Positions 62,620 through 64,000 of a stretch of DNA of 64,000 nucleotides are shown here, in pieces. Below the pieces are notes generated by a model. The model did no database searches, was not told the origin of the DNA, and worked only from the letters and a program-made list of their open reading frames with translations. The stretch's first letter is position 1. Every line of letters starts with the position of its first letter. The stretch covers positions 62,001 through 126,000 of the forward strand of contig NIVC01001430.1 of NCBI GenBank assembly GCA_002269645.1. Direction: 5' to 3'. A program made the position numbers and the translations under genes. The DNA is from Macrostomum lignano (Eukaryota).

Positions 62620-64000
62620 TAGAGCAGTGTGTGCCCTGTACCAAGAGCAGTGTGTACCCTGTACCAAGAGCAGTGTGTACATGTACCAAGAGCAGTGTGT
62701 GCCCTGTACCAAGAGCAGTGTGTACCCTGTACCAAGAGCAGTGTGTACCCTGTACCAAGAGCAGTGTATACCCTGTACCAAGAGCAGTGTGTACCCCATA
62801 CCAAGAGCAGTCTGTACCCTGTAAGAGCAGTGTGTACCCTGTACCAAGAGCAGTGTGTACCCCATACCAAGAGCAGTGTGTACCCCATACCAAGAGCAGT
62901 GTGTACCCCATACCAAGAGCAGTGTGTACCCCATACCAAGAGCAGTCTGTACCCTGTATGAGCAGTGTGTACCCTGTACCACGAGCAGTGTGTACCCTGT
63001 ACCACGAGCAGTGTGTACCCTGTACCAAGAGCAGTCTGTACCCTGTAAGAGCAGTGTGTACCCTGTACCAAGAGCAGTGTGTACCCTGTACCAAGAGCAG
63101 TGTGTACCCCATACCAAGAGCAGTCTGTACCCTGTAAGAGCAGTGTATACCCTGTACCAAGAGCAGTGTGTACCCCATACCAAGAGCAGTCTGTACCCTG
63201 TAAGAGCAGTGTGTACCCTGTACCAAGAGCAGTGTGTACCCTGTACCAAGAGCAGTGTGTACCCCATACCAAGAACAGTCTGTACCCTGTAAGAGCAGTG
63301 TGTACCCTGTACCAAGAGCAGTGTGTGCCCTGTACCAAGAGCAGTATGTACCCTGTACCAAGAGCAGTGTGTGCCCTGTACCAAGAGCAGTATGTACCCT
63401 GTACCAAGAGCAGTGTGTACCCTGTACCAAGAGCAGTGTGTACCGTGTACCAAGAGTAGTGTATACCCTGTACCAAGAACAGTGTGTACCCTGTACCAAG
63501 AGCAGTGTGTGCCCTGTACCAAGAGCAGTATGTACCCTGTACCAAGAGCAGTGTGTACCCTGTACCAAGAGCAGTGTGTACCCTGTACCAAGAGTAGTGT
63601 GTACCCTGTACCAAGAGTAGTGTATACCCTGTACCAAGAGCAGTGTGTACCCTGTACCAAGAGCAGTGTGTACATGTACCAAGAGCAGTGTATACCCTGT
63701 ACCAAGAGCAGTGTGTACCCTGTATCAAGAGCAGTGTGTACCCTGTACCAAGAGCAGTGTGTACCCTGTACCAAGAGCAGTATGTACCCTGTACCAAGAG
63801 CAGTGTGTACCCTGTACCAAGAGCAGTGTGTACCCTGTACCAAGAGTAGTGTATACCCTGTACCAAGAGCAGTGTGTACCCTGCACCAAGAGCAGTGTGT
63901 ACATGTACCAAGAGCAGTGTGTACCCTGTACCAAGAGCAGTGTGTACCCTGCACCAAGAGCAGTTTGTACCCTGTACCAAGAGCAGTGTGTACCCTGTAC
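62620..64000. repeat. 23-bp minisatellite (GTACCAAGAGCAGTGTGTACCCT), runs off the window end
   Basis: Period 62641 to 62664. Confidence 0.95.

Noticed and set aside
60707-63980. ORFs of 350-500 aa near the window end
   Set aside because: Translations of the 33/35-bp and 23-bp minisatellites; no non-repetitive coding content.

Overview
Eukaryotic (animal) genomic DNA, not prokaryotic. Short GC-rich exons, canonical GT-AG introns and a different minisatellite in almost every intron fit a free-living flatworm such as Macrostomum lignano (inference from sequence style only). Bases 1-9.5 kb are a transposon-derived zone: a probable MULE-type transposase tail, a spliced Ulp1/SENP-like cysteine protease gene, an array of 17-bp palindromes, and a frameshifted Crypton tyrosine-recombinase element with a decayed 28S rRNA fragment (the R2/I-PpoI target site) near its 3' end and a long hairpin near its 5' end. 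From 9.9 to 59.4 kb lie seven spliced genes, all on the + strand: RagC/D GTPase (switch-II Gln replaced by His), an STMP1-like 56-aa microprotein absent from the ORF track, a DEX1-like FG-GAP membrane protein, Ku80 (XRCC5), DEF8 (C-terminally truncated RH domain), TMX3 and a divergent Pitx homeobox gene without an OAR motif. The last two exons of an unidentified convergent gene appear on the - strand at 60.4-62.4 kb. Exon chains were built by hand and checked for splice-phase consistency. Most long ORFs in the supplied track are artefacts of tandem repeats. Best leads: the rDNA target fragment beside the Crypton, a possible trans-spliced operon, a recurring 15-bp quasi-palindrome near splice acceptors, and phased RFX/FOX-like motif clusters.
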